This document shows positions 38,801 to 47,562 of a stretch of 64,000 nt of DNA, one piece after another (within the stretch, counting starts at the first letter, position 1; the number at the start of each line of letters is the position of its first letter). The position numbers and the translations under genes are program-made. Origin of the DNA: a virus. Taxonomy: Duplodnaviria; Caudoviricetes. The notes beneath the pieces are model-generated. The model was given only the letters and a program-made list of their open reading frames with translations, did not search any database and had not been told where the DNA came from. The stretch spans positions 128,001 through 192,000 of the IMG/VR virus record IMGVR_UViG_3300031555_003522. One strand, given 5' to 3'.

Positions 38801-39769
38801 CTCTACTCGGTTATTCTCATAGATCTTTCTTCTATGATATCCTTTCGATAGTCGTTGAACCTTTATAAATCAGAATCAGTAATACAGAATTTCATATTAG
38901 TTTTTTCTTTCACAACTATGGCTACAATCTGATATTCATCTCTGTATACTATTTCAAGATTAGAACCATCAGACTCTAATCTTATCACATTGATGCTTTT
39001 ATTCAATGCCGCTTTCTTTATTTCTCGAATAGCTTTATTGAATTTTCGATTACCTTTCTCTGTAAAGTAAGATATAGTACCATGAAGTATATCAAAAGGT
39101 CTTTCTAAATATCTATCAAAATACCATGATAATCTAAATGCTTCATCTTCATCGAAGATATCATCGAGACCAACAAGAATTCCAGTATGTGGTCTACTAC
39201 ACCCAGATTCATATTCATATCTATAATACACATATCTCACTTCCTTTCTGATTTATACTTGGCTGCTGATTGTCTCAGTGAGAGTTCCCAGCAATTAAAG
39301 GAGATTCTACATAATGTCACCACTATGCAGCCCTAAAATTAAGGAGTAGCTGAAGTAGATTATATTTCTCAAAATCTTCAGATCCTTTAGGATACTTGAA
39401 CATTTCTTTCTTCATAGCTTTTCTATCATTTATAAAGCCATCGATCATTCCATACAGTGGATTAGGAACAGTTCCGTGTCTCTTAAACAATACACCATAG
39501 GAAGTTATAATAGGTTCTTTATCCATGATATAGTTTGCCATATAACTCAAGGTAGAGTTGATTTGTTTGTGGGTATAGTTATTATCCACCACCACAGGAG
39601 TATCTTTAAAATGTTGCGAAATAGACCAATCTATTGCAGCAGATAATTCTCCCTCAGATAGTAGCGGGAAGTTAAAGTGCAGCATATCCATACATATTCG
39701 CTTGTATTCTGCTAGTGCTTTTACATCCGGATATGTCGCATATACTGTTCTATTCGTTATAAAACCCAT
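35883..39769 (-). CDS. polB: Family B DNA polymerase, C-terminal part (motifs B and C, thumb); exons 39769-39342, 38699-38687, 38420-38414, 38133-37535, 37210-36849, 36585-35883; 703 aa spliced
   Basis: Exon lengths 428+13+7+599+362+703 = 2112 nt, in frame; splicing rebuilds RKAMKK, LLQLLLKIDANGFYGATG (motif B), SVTTQGR, IQDTDS (motif C), MKNEFLF and KKHYA. Confidence 0.92.
36586..36848 (-). mobile_element. Group I intron 5 of polB-C (ORF-less, 263 nt)
   Basis: P1 ccU/ggg; gaat pairs with 3' exon attc; full set of core motifs; ends ...aaacG. Confidence 0.9.
37211..37534 (-). mobile_element. Group I intron 4 of polB-C in motif C (ORF-less, 324 nt)
   Basis: P1 ggaU|g / cgucc; core aatcagcagcgaa, gttcaacgacta, gatatagtct; splicing gives DTD|S. 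Confidence 0.9.
38134..38413 (-). mobile_element. Group I intron 3 of polB-C (ORF-less, 280 nt)
   Basis: P1 uggaU / gucca; core motifs; ends ...tattG; splicing gives T|TT (Phe). Confidence 0.87.
38414..38420 (-). other. 7-nt micro-exon AATGGAT (Asn-Gly-F|) of polB motif B
   Basis: Lies between the terminal G of intron 2 and P1 of intron 3; exactly complementary to the intron-2 guide atccatt. Confidence 0.85.
38421..38686 (-). mobile_element. Group I intron 2 of polB-C (ORF-less, 266 nt)
   Basis: P1 gacgcU|aa / uuggugu c; P10 atccatt; core motifs; ends ...agatG. Confidence 0.9.
38687..38699 (-). other. 13-nt micro-exon TAAGATCGACGCT (|L-K-I-D-A) of polB motif B
   Basis: Supplies the invariant motif-B Lys; flanked by the intron-1 terminal G and intron-2 P1. 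Confidence 0.87.
38700..39341 (-). mobile_element. Group I intron 1 of polB-C (642 nt) with an ORF in the P6 loop
   Basis: P1 ccU|uaa / uuaggg; P10 uuuua/uaaga; core nearly identical to intron 5. Confidence 0.9.
38863..39240 (-). CDS. Intron-encoded protein of unknown function (no homing-endonuclease motif)
   Basis: GTG start after GAAAGGAA; 125 aa; bracketed by the 12-bp stem tataaatcagaa/ttctgatttata. Confidence 0.7.
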   Translation of the reverse strand: MRYVYYRYEYESGCSRPHTGILVGLDDIFDEDEAFRLSWYFDRYLERPFDILHGTISYFTEKGNRKFNKAIREIKKAALNKSINVIRLESDGSNLEIVYRDEYQIVAIVVKEKTNMKFCITDSDL

Positions 39770-39796
39770 AAAACACTCTCCTTTATTATTTTAAAT

Positions 39797-39875
39797 TACT
39801 ATAAAGTTTTAGATCGAGTCAATGTCAACCATTTACACTCATAATGACAATATGTAATTAATCAACATTTAATTA
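39797..39875. promoter_or_regulatory. Divergent promoters: AACT-N6-TA (39797-39808, -, polB-C) and AACA-N6-TA (39864-39875, +)
   Basis: Exact motif matches in the intergenic gap. Confidence 0.6.
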
Positions 39876-39908
39876 AAAATCGTACCCTATCTGAGGAGGT
39901 TATATTAT

Positions 39909-40364
39909 ATGATTTTTAAGAATGATGCTCCTAATGACGCTTTCAAAGAGAGCGTTCTTGGTGGAACTAATGTAGTTATGGAAAATACTCTTCGCGATCC
40001 TAATCAGTATCGTGAAGCTGTTCTTTTTGAAGCCCTTGCAGGTATGCCTGCTAAGCGTATTCGCGAATTTGTCATCTCTCCCGAAGCTAAGATGATGGTT
40101 AATGAAGGTATTATGAAGCAGGAGGCAATCGATCGTCTTGCTTCTCATCATGATAATAAGATCCTTAATACTACCATTTGCCAGCTTGCTAAGGAAGCAG
40201 ATGACCCGCTGTGGCAGGAATTTGTTGCTGCTCGCATCCAGGAACGTAGGGTAATGAACGAATTGCTCGAAAAGTATGGTGCTCAGGCTCATACTGTTGC
40301 AGATAATGCATATGAGAATTTTGTTGCCCCCAACCTGCCTAAATATTTTGATGATAATGCCTAA
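39909..40364 (+). CDS. Hypothetical protein (probably virion head)
   Basis: GAGGAGG RBS, late motif, biased codons. Confidence 0.75.
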   Translation: MIFKNDAPNDAFKESVLGGTNVVMENTLRDPNQYREAVLFEALAGMPAKRIREFVISPEAKMMVNEGIMKQEAIDRLASHHDNKILNTTICQLAKEADDPLWQEFVAARIQERRVMNELLEKYGAQAHTVADNAYENFVAPNLPKYFDDNA

Positions 40365-40409
40365 AAATAATGGGATAGCTTAAAGCTATCCCATTTTTTC
40401 TTTTAGATA

Positions 40410-40425
40410 TATATTATTAGTATGA
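40410..40425 (+). promoter_or_regulatory. Early-type promoter TATATTAT-N5-TGA
   Basis: Exact motif upstream of the RNAP beta' gene. Confidence 0.7.
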
Positions 40426-40481
40426 AAGTACTTTATTATTCTTCCTGAAACAATAAAGTAACGCAGAAAGGAGACTGACAT

Positions 40482-42701
40482 ATGGAAAGTGCAAAAGAAT
40501 TAGGGTGTTTAAGATACCCAGAAAACTATGGTATGTATGCCGACATCATAGAAGGTAAGCAAGTCTGTATTCATACAGATGATCTTACTACTGGCACTTG
40601 GGACAGACATTATACATCTGTGTTAAATCTATTTAAAGATGGAATTGCTACAGAAGAAGTCCAGGGTGCCTTTATTCATGTACACTTTATAGATGGAGTA
40701 GATCTTGAGATTGCTCTTACAGATTATTTGCTTAATCTTATTATGTGGAATATGCTTATAAGAACGGGAACCCTTATCTGTTCTTATCATGTATTTTTCG
40801 CCGATGAGATCAAGAAAGATACAATTAAGGATTATATTGATAAGTTTCTTATTGATGAAAATCGTAAGAGATATACTAATATGGAACTTAATAACATCAT
40901 TGACGATACTCTTTATAGAATTCATGATATAGATGAATTCGCATTCTTCTTTGCAAATACTGTTAATCTTGAAGATAATGTATTCTTGATGCAGAGATGT
41001 GAAGAATTCAATGAATGTATGCATGCAGATTTGTCTGGTGTAGCTATTGAAGATGTAAAGTCTGTTGGCATGGGATATGCTAATAAAGCTATCCATATTA
41101 TGAAGAATGCTAGTCAATATCTTGGATTCGATCACTGCTTAGCGGATGCATGTAGAGCATCAGAAGGCATTAACCCTAAACAGTTTAAAGAATTTACTAT
41201 TAATATTGGTAGTAAACCTGATGGTCATGGAGGTATCTTCCCAGCCATTATCAACAAGTCTTTTATTAATGGTGGTGTTTCTACACCATTAGACTATTTT
41301 ATTGAGTCTTCTACAGGTCGTACAGCTCAGATAATCAAGTATAATAACGTTGGTTCTTCTGGTCATTTTGCACGGCTTCTTGGACTTAATAACATGGATT
41401 CTTATTTGAATGAGAATCCAAATTATGACTGTTATAGTCGTAATTTCTTGGTCATCACTATCAAGGATAAGAAGACCCTTAAGATGCTTAATAACAGATA
41501 TTATAGACTCAATCCTAGGGGTAAAGAGTTGTTAATATCTGCATCGAAAGATAAGCATCTTATAGGAAAAACAATTTATCTTAGATCTCCAGTTACTTGT
41601 GCATCTGCTGCAAGAGGTCAGGGAATCTGTTATAAATGCTATGGTGATTTAGCTTATACTGTCTATGATGCAGAGGTGCAAGCTGGTGTCAATATAGGCC
41701 GTATTGCTAGTGAGACACTATCATCTAGCCTAACCCAGAAATTGTTGTCTGCTAAACATCTTCTCGAAACATTTGCAGAAAAGGTTTCTTGGGTTAGAAA
41801 ATTTAATGAACTCTTTGAAGTTGAAGGTAATGTGATTAAGCTTAATTCTGAAATTGAATATAAGGGATTAAGATTAATAATTGATCCTGAAATGATTGAA
41901 TTAGAGAATGAAGAAGATGACGATCTTGGATTTTCTGATGATGATGAGGAAGGCGGCGCACCTATCTATAATGAGTATATTGTAGATTTTGATGTTATCG
42001 ACGAGAATATTCCTGAATATCATCATATCTCAAATGATAAAAACGTTAAACTTTATATCTCTAATGAATTGAGATCTATTATTCGTAGAAAAGGTGAGCC
42101 AATAGAGGGAAAGCATTTTATAGATTTCACAGATATTAAGGATGCTCCTATATTTATTATGCCCATTCAGAATAATGAACTCTCTAAAACTCTTGAGCAC
42201 CTTGAAGGATTGCTTAATAAAAATAATACGATGAAAGGTATGAATCTAAACCAGCTTCTGCAGTCTCTTATTGACACGGTTATTGAAGGTAGACTTAGTG
42301 TAGCATCTACTCATCTTGAAGTAATTCTGTCAAATCAGGCTCGAGATCCTGATAATATTCTCGAAAAACCTAAGTGGTTCTTGTTTAATCCTGGTTATGA
42401 GATTCTATCTCTTAATAGGGCTCTTACATTGAACCCTGCAGTTACTATATCTTTGAGTTATCAAAAGGTAGGTAAGTCTCTATATAGTCCTATTACATTT
42501 AAGAAGAAAGGTTCTTCTTTTATGGATCTATTCTTTATGGAGAAACCGCAATATGCAATTAGTGGAAAAGAGCCTCCTGTTAAAGATGAATATATTCCTA
42601 CTCCTGGAGAGCTCTATGAACCTATTACCTTTATTGATGATCCAGATAAAGTTACAGTATCTGCTCAATCTCTTTCTGATGATGAGGAGGAAGAGGAATA
42701 A
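40482..42701 (+). CDS. Phage RNA polymerase beta' subunit, C-terminal part (probably the non-virion RNAP)
   Basis: Bridge helix GRTAQ...SGHFARLL; LRSPVTC...GICYKCYG; trigger loop TQKLLSAKH; HLEVILSNQ. Confidence 0.92.
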   Translation: MESAKELGCLRYPENYGMYADIIEGKQVCIHTDDLTTGTWDRHYTSVLNLFKDGIATEEVQGAFIHVHFIDGVDLEIALTDYLLNLIMWNMLIRTGTLICSYHVFFADEIKKDTIKDYIDKFLIDENRKRYTNMELNNIIDDTLYRIHDIDEFAFFFANTVNLEDNVFLMQRCEEFNECMHADLSGVAIEDVKSVGMGYANKAIHIMKNASQYLGFDHCLADACRASEGINPKQFKEFTINIGSKPDGHGGIFPAIINKSFINGGVSTPLDYFIESSTGRTAQIIKYNNVGSSGHFARLLGLNNMDSYLNENPNYDCYSRNFLVITIKDKKTLKMLNNRYYRLNPRGKELLISASKDKHLIGKTIYLRSPVTCASAARGQGICYKCYGDLAYTVYDAEVQAGVNIGRIASETLSSSLTQKLLSAKHLLETFAEKVSWVRKFNELFEVEGNVIKLNSEIEYKGLRLIIDPEMIELENEEDDDLGFSDDDEEGGAPIYNEYIVDFDVIDENIPEYHHISNDKNVKLYISNELRSIIRRKGEPIEGKHFIDFTDIKDAPIFIMPIQNNELSKTLEHLEGLLNKNNTMKGMNLNQLLQSLIDTVIEGRLSVASTHLEVILSNQARDPDNILEKPKWFLFNPGYEILSLNRALTLNPAVTISLSYQKVGKSLYSPITFKKKGSSFMDLFFMEKPQYAISGKEPPVKDEYIPTPGELYEPITFIDDPDKVTVSAQSLSDDEEEEE

Positions 42702-42705
42702 ATAT

Positions 42706-42742
42706 ATAAGGTGGACAATTTTGTCCACCTTATTTTTTTTTT
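42706..42742 (+). terminator. Intrinsic terminator
   Basis: ataaggtggacaa / ttgtccaccttat plus T run. Confidence 0.85.
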
Positions 42743-42827
42743 GAAAAAATTAACCTTTTCAGGGATATAATATAACTATGAAAGCATATAAATCTAAGAA
42801 ATCTTATATGTGTAAAAGGAGAATCAT

Positions 42828-43436
42828 ATGAAAATTAAAATGACAATGGATGAGAGAGTAGTATATGAGACTGATAAAGGATATCAGTTTCTCGTTATGT
42901 ATGTAAATCAATTTGGGGCTATCATAGCTCCGTTAAGAGAGAAAAAATATTATCACATTAGTGATTTAAGTATTGGAGACATGGCTGTAGCTATAGACCA
43001 AATGGCTATGCATGAATTCAAATGGTTCTATAAAGCTGGAGTGAAAGAAGTCCTTCAGGTCGATAATGTGCAATATACAAAAATCATCAATGCAGTTCAA
43101 AGAATGCTTATGGGCGATACTAAAAATATGCCTGGCATTGGACTTTGTTTTTCTGATGAGGCTGAAGACATTGCAGAAAAGCTTGTAGAATCAAGATCTC
43201 CTGAAGCCATAAAGATGTCTATGAAATATTTTGATCTCTTAAAGGGTTGCGATCTAACTGACAGATCTGGACGCAAATATCCTAGAAGGAAAATGTATTC
43301 TGGATCTGAAACTATTACCATTTCTCTGCAAAAAGTTGATAAACTCATTGAGATGTATGATGTAGATAGAACTACAGCAGAGATTATGATTAAAAATGCA
43401 AAAGAGAAAGTTGATTACTTTAAAAGTAATCAATAA
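42828..43436 (+). CDS. Hypothetical early protein, paralogue of 29082..30635
   Basis: AAGGAG RBS; TATAATAT-N5-TGA at 42766-42781. Confidence 0.8.
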   Translation: MKIKMTMDERVVYETDKGYQFLVMYVNQFGAIIAPLREKKYYHISDLSIGDMAVAIDQMAMHEFKWFYKAGVKEVLQVDNVQYTKIINAVQRMLMGDTKNMPGIGLCFSDEAEDIAEKLVESRSPEAIKMSMKYFDLLKGCDLTDRSGRKYPRRKMYSGSETITISLQKVDKLIEMYDVDRTTAEIMIKNAKEKVDYFKSNQ

Positions 43437-43489
43437 TTGTATATTATCAAATTGAATAAGGATGATTAATCATCTTTGTTTAATATAAT

Positions 43490-43605
43490 ATGCGGGTAGG
43501 AGCATGGTATACTCATTCTCCTACCAGTTCCTAACCCGTGGTAGAATGTGGCTACCCGGGATCGCCTGGTTATCCGGGCGACCGTTAATTACCAGCATAG
43601 CTGGA
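43490..43605 (+). promoter_or_regulatory. Structured GC-rich 5' leader
   Basis: Hairpins ggtaggag/ctcctacc, tcgcctgg/ccgggcga and ccagc/gctgg downstream of the early motif at 43440-43455. Confidence 0.45.
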
Positions 43606-43629
43606 TTATAAATAAAGGAGAATGAAATT

Positions 43630-43851
43630 ATGAGCGAATTTGAAAAAACTAATGAAAGTAATCTTACCGAAGCTATGATCATCGAAGATGAAAAGGTTAC
43701 CGCCAAAAAGAAGGAAACATGGGATATGATTTTTCTCATTTGTCCTAATCAGGCAGAAGTCCTAATTAAGGCATACGAAGAAAAAGGCCCTGAGTTTCTG
43801 AGCAAGGCAAAAATTATTATTGAATCAGAACCCGCTGAAGCTCCGGCATAA
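43630..43851 (+). CDS. Small acidic early protein
   Basis: AAGGAG RBS; terminator at 43897-43933. Confidence 0.7.
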   Translation: MSEFEKTNESNLTEAMIIEDEKVTAKKKETWDMIFLICPNQAEVLIKAYEEKGPEFLSKAKIIIESEPAEAPA

Positions 43852-43992
43852 GTTTCAGTGGCCCAATCATCTCCTTCTTTGGTACTAGGTACCAGAAAAG
43901 AAAAGCATCTTCGGGTGCTTTTCTTTTTTTTTTTGTCTAATTGGCCCATTTTAGGTTTATATAGGATCTTTAACTATTAATTGAGGTGATAA

Positions 43993-45513
43993 ATGATGAC
44001 AAAAATCATTATATATCGTACCCATATAGAAATTACAGATTATATGATGGGAGATTGTCCTATTGTAGAGAAGACCTTCTCTATTTATGATATGACTTAT
44101 CATAAAAGATTTCCAAAAGGAATGCTTTATGATAAAGAAAGAAAAGTATTAATGCTTCCAAGAGGTATTAATATTGGTTTTTTAGAACGAGTATTTCAAG
44201 TAGAGCCTATAATAGATAGCACAGTAGATCCTATTGGTGATATTGGAGAGGTTATGCTTAGATATAAACCAAGGGATGAAGATCAAAAAGAGGCTATAAA
44301 GTTTATGCTTAGTATGGATAAGTATTTCCGTAATGAGCACGCTACCATGATGTCTGTTAATCTAAATACTGGTAAAGGTAAAACATATTGTGCTATAGCT
44401 GTAGCAGCATTCTTAAGAATTAGATCTATAGTTATAACTGATAGTATAGGATGGCTAGACCAGTGGAAGAAGTTCTTTATGGAGTATACAGATATTAAAG
44501 AAGAAGAAATATATATGATATCTGGAGCTCCATCTCTTATGAAATTATATAATAGAGATATGACTAAGTATAAAGTTATTCTTTCTACTCACTCTACTAT
44601 TAGAAGCATAGGAGACAGCCAAGGATGGAATAAAATAACAGATTTCTTTAGATATTGCCAAATTGGTATCAAATTCTATGATGAAGCTCATTTAAATTTT
44701 GATAATATGTTTCAGATAGATTGCTATACCAATACTAATGTCACATATTATCTTACGGCTACACCTGGTAGAAGTGATATGAAAGAAAATGCAATATTCA
44801 ATTTATACTTCAAAAATGTACCATCTATAGATCTATTTAATAGAGATGTAGATCCTCACACGAAATATGTAGGTATAAGATTTAACTCAAATCCAACTCC
44901 GATTGAAGTATCTAGATGTAAGAATAATTATGGACTTAATAGAATAGCATATACGGATTACATTGTGAGGAATGAGAACTTCCAAAAATTGCTCACAATA
45001 CTGGTTACTATGGCTATTAAGAAACCAGGAAAACATTTATTCTATATAGGAACTAATGATGCAATCTTATATGTAAGAAATTGGATATATGAGCATTTTC
45101 CAGAACTGATTAATCAGGTTGGTATATATACCAGTATTATTCCAGCAGAAAAGAAAGCTGAACAACTAGAAAGAAAGATAATTCTAAGCACTACAAAATC
45201 TGCTGGAGCTGCTATGGATATAAAAGGTCTTGTAGAAACTGTAAATCTTGCAGAACCTTTTAAATCCAGAGTGCTAGCTCAACAAACGTTTGGACGAACT
45301 AGAGATGCTGATACAATATATAAGGATATTGTAGATAATGGATTTCTTTATACAAAATCATATTATGATTTTAAGAAACCTGTATTTAAGAAGTATGCTA
45401 CAGAATGTCTTGAAGTTCGTATGCTTGATAGTGAATTAGATAGTAGACATCAAAGTATACTATTTGAAAGATCTAAATTAGAGCAACCAATAGAATTTGA
45501 TATAAAGGACTGA
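43993..45513 (+). CDS. SF2 DEAH-box helicase (UvsW-like)
   Basis: PRDEDQ Q-motif, NTGKGKT, FYDEAH, LTATP, QTFGRTR; AACT-N6-TG at 43972-43983. Confidence 0.9.
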   Translation: MMTKIIIYRTHIEITDYMMGDCPIVEKTFSIYDMTYHKRFPKGMLYDKERKVLMLPRGINIGFLERVFQVEPIIDSTVDPIGDIGEVMLRYKPRDEDQKEAIKFMLSMDKYFRNEHATMMSVNLNTGKGKTYCAIAVAAFLRIRSIVITDSIGWLDQWKKFFMEYTDIKEEEIYMISGAPSLMKLYNRDMTKYKVILSTHSTIRSIGDSQGWNKITDFFRYCQIGIKFYDEAHLNFDNMFQIDCYTNTNVTYYLTATPGRSDMKENAIFNLYFKNVPSIDLFNRDVDPHTKYVGIRFNSNPTPIEVSRCKNNYGLNRIAYTDYIVRNENFQKLLTILVTMAIKKPGKHLFYIGTNDAILYVRNWIYEHFPELINQVGIYTSIIPAEKKAEQLERKIILSTTKSAGAAMDIKGLVETVNLAEPFKSRVLAQQTFGRTRDADTIYKDIVDNGFLYTKSYYDFKKPVFKKYATECLEVRMLDSELDSRHQSILFERSKLEQPIEFDIKD

Positions 45514-45645
45514 TATTTACCCGTAGAGAGATAATGCTCTCTACGGGTATTTTCGTTAAATAAAATAAGTTTAAAGATATAATATAATTATGAATAGATG
45601 AGAAATATTTCTCATCTATATCATTTATTTAAGGAGGCCAGAAAA

Positions 45646-47472
45646 ATGGCAAAGAGTAAGTACTACGGAGTCCGTTTCACCGATGCCGTGAGATATTGGT
45701 GGATGGACAGAACTTTCGACATTGAAAAACATGTCGATAAGATGCGTAGAGATCGCGTGAACCGTGCAGCCGGTACAAATTGCGAAGCCAAGGAGACTAA
45801 TAGTGTCTCTAATAATAACAATGCTGCAACAACAACCGCTACCGAGACTAGTGTCAAGGAAGCTCCCGCTACCGATACTAAGAAGGAAAAGAAGAATATT
45901 TTCTCCAAAGTATTTGGTAAGAAAAATACTGAAGCTACAAGTACTTCTGAGGATCCTGTAGCCGAAGAATCCGAAGAAGTTATCGCCGCTTCTAAGGAAG
46001 CACCTGCAGAAGAACCCGGTGCAGAAAAAATGGAAAACAATAACGATCCCATTGTAGGCGATATCTGTTCTGCCAATCAGCAGAATGGCCAGAACCCTGT
46101 CGAGGGTATCAACATTGGTGGTATCCATTTTGACATGGATATGACTGTTGAAGAAAAAGTAGAACCTAGTCTTCTTAAGCAGACATCTGTGAGTGATCAG
46201 AACAATATGTTCAATCAGCCTCAGGTATTCCCTGGGCAGCAGCCTGTGATGCAGAATTCTGCATTTGTACAGCAACCCGTTATGGGAACACATCAGATGA
46301 ATGTTCCCTCGGGAACACCTCAGATAAATGTTCCCCCTATTCAGCAGCCCATTGTTAATCAGCCTATGACAACACCTCAGCAGCCCCCCATTCATCGAGT
46401 GGATGCACCTCCCAAGGTCATTACTCCCAAGCCTCCCAGAGCTGAAGCGGATCATGTAGAGGTAAGCAATACAAATATCGCTCAACCCTTCGTTGATCCG
46501 AATAAGCACAATAAGGTTATTCGTGATCAGCATCCTGATATCATTCAGAAGGAGACACCTCATATTCCGGATAAGCCTTCTGAACAGTTGTACGACAACA
46601 GCTTGCTGATTGCAGCATTTCCCTATCTTGGAGAAATCCAGAGAATCGCATTGAAGCATCATATCCAGCTTAAGATGGAAATGCTGGGTTATGCTGCAAA
46701 TCCCATGATTCAGACTGGCATGGTATTGTGCTATGCATTCAATGATGGGACGAATATCTTCAATGAACTCAAGAGCTTTACGATCGATACCGGAAATATC
46801 ATCGATCGTAGACCCAAGTTGTTCACAGGCATCGTTCTGAATGGGTTTGAAGATATGCCTGCATACGCTATCCAGATCAATGACAAGATCAATAAGAATA
46901 AGTATAACTTCAATGAAGAAATGTTCGAAAAGATCTTCGTTGGAGGTATCACTATGCTTGATGGTCGCGGTATGTACACCCAGCAGTATCGCAAGCTCAA
47001 TAAGATCGTTGATCTGAGCACTATGCCCACCAAGTTGATGAACGGTGAGCGCCGCAAGGCAGTTCAGGACCGTCTGGTAAAGGCTTTGACTGCCGGTGTA
47101 TTCGACAAAGCTATTGCAATGGCACCTGGTTCCAGATTCGAGTTCAAGGATGATTCTTACGATAAGGATCGTGGAACCTTCGTCCTGACCAATGTCAATG
47201 TACCTGTGACATTCAACGGACCTATCGTAAATACGATTCCTACCGAGATCACCTTTAAGACCGGCGCCCAGGTGTTTGTCCACTCTCCCAATAATCCGCC
47301 TGCAGATACAGCTTCTTCTGATACCGCTCAGGAAGCCGAAACTCCTAAGCAGGAAAAGAAGACAAAGAGCGGAAGCAAGAAATCCAATAAGAAACAGAAT
47401 GAGGATAAAGTAGAGACAGAAGCCACTACAGAAACATCCTCTTCTAATGCCGCTAATACTAGCGAGAATTAA
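45646..47472 (+). CDS. Hypothetical early protein with long low-complexity (T/E/K and Q/P) regions
   Basis: ATG at 45646 after AAGGAGG; TATAATAT-N5-TGA at 45578-45593. Confidence 0.8.
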   Translation: MAKSKYYGVRFTDAVRYWWMDRTFDIEKHVDKMRRDRVNRAAGTNCEAKETNSVSNNNNAATTTATETSVKEAPATDTKKEKKNIFSKVFGKKNTEATSTSEDPVAEESEEVIAASKEAPAEEPGAEKMENNNDPIVGDICSANQQNGQNPVEGINIGGIHFDMDMTVEEKVEPSLLKQTSVSDQNNMFNQPQVFPGQQPVMQNSAFVQQPVMGTHQMNVPSGTPQINVPPIQQPIVNQPMTTPQQPPIHRVDAPPKVITPKPPRAEADHVEVSNTNIAQPFVDPNKHNKVIRDQHPDIIQKETPHIPDKPSEQLYDNSLLIAAFPYLGEIQRIALKHHIQLKMEMLGYAANPMIQTGMVLCYAFNDGTNIFNELKSFTIDTGNIIDRRPKLFTGIVLNGFEDMPAYAIQINDKINKNKYNFNEEMFEKIFVGGITMLDGRGMYTQQYRKLNKIVDLSTMPTKLMNGERRKAVQDRLVKALTAGVFDKAIAMAPGSRFEFKDDSYDKDRGTFVLTNVNVPVTFNGPIVNTIPTEITFKTGAQVFVHSPNNPPADTASSDTAQEAETPKQEKKTKSGSKKSNKKQNEDKVETEATTETSSSNAANTSEN

Positions 47473-47562
47473 TAAAAGATGGGGAGACTCCTCCCCATCT
47501 TTTTTTTTTTGATTTGTATAAACTCTACAACTCTATAGTAACCTATTTTGAGGAGAATAGAC

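Noticed and set aside
38134-39341. Nested introns (twintron)
   Set aside because: Each core is complete and sequential, and the short spacers encode required motif-B residues, so they are exons.
35883-39769. Pseudogene, frameshift or stop-codon reassignment as the cause of polB and terL fragmentation
   Set aside because: Every break has a group I core, and removing the introns restores the frame and catalytic motifs; other genes read normally in the standard code.
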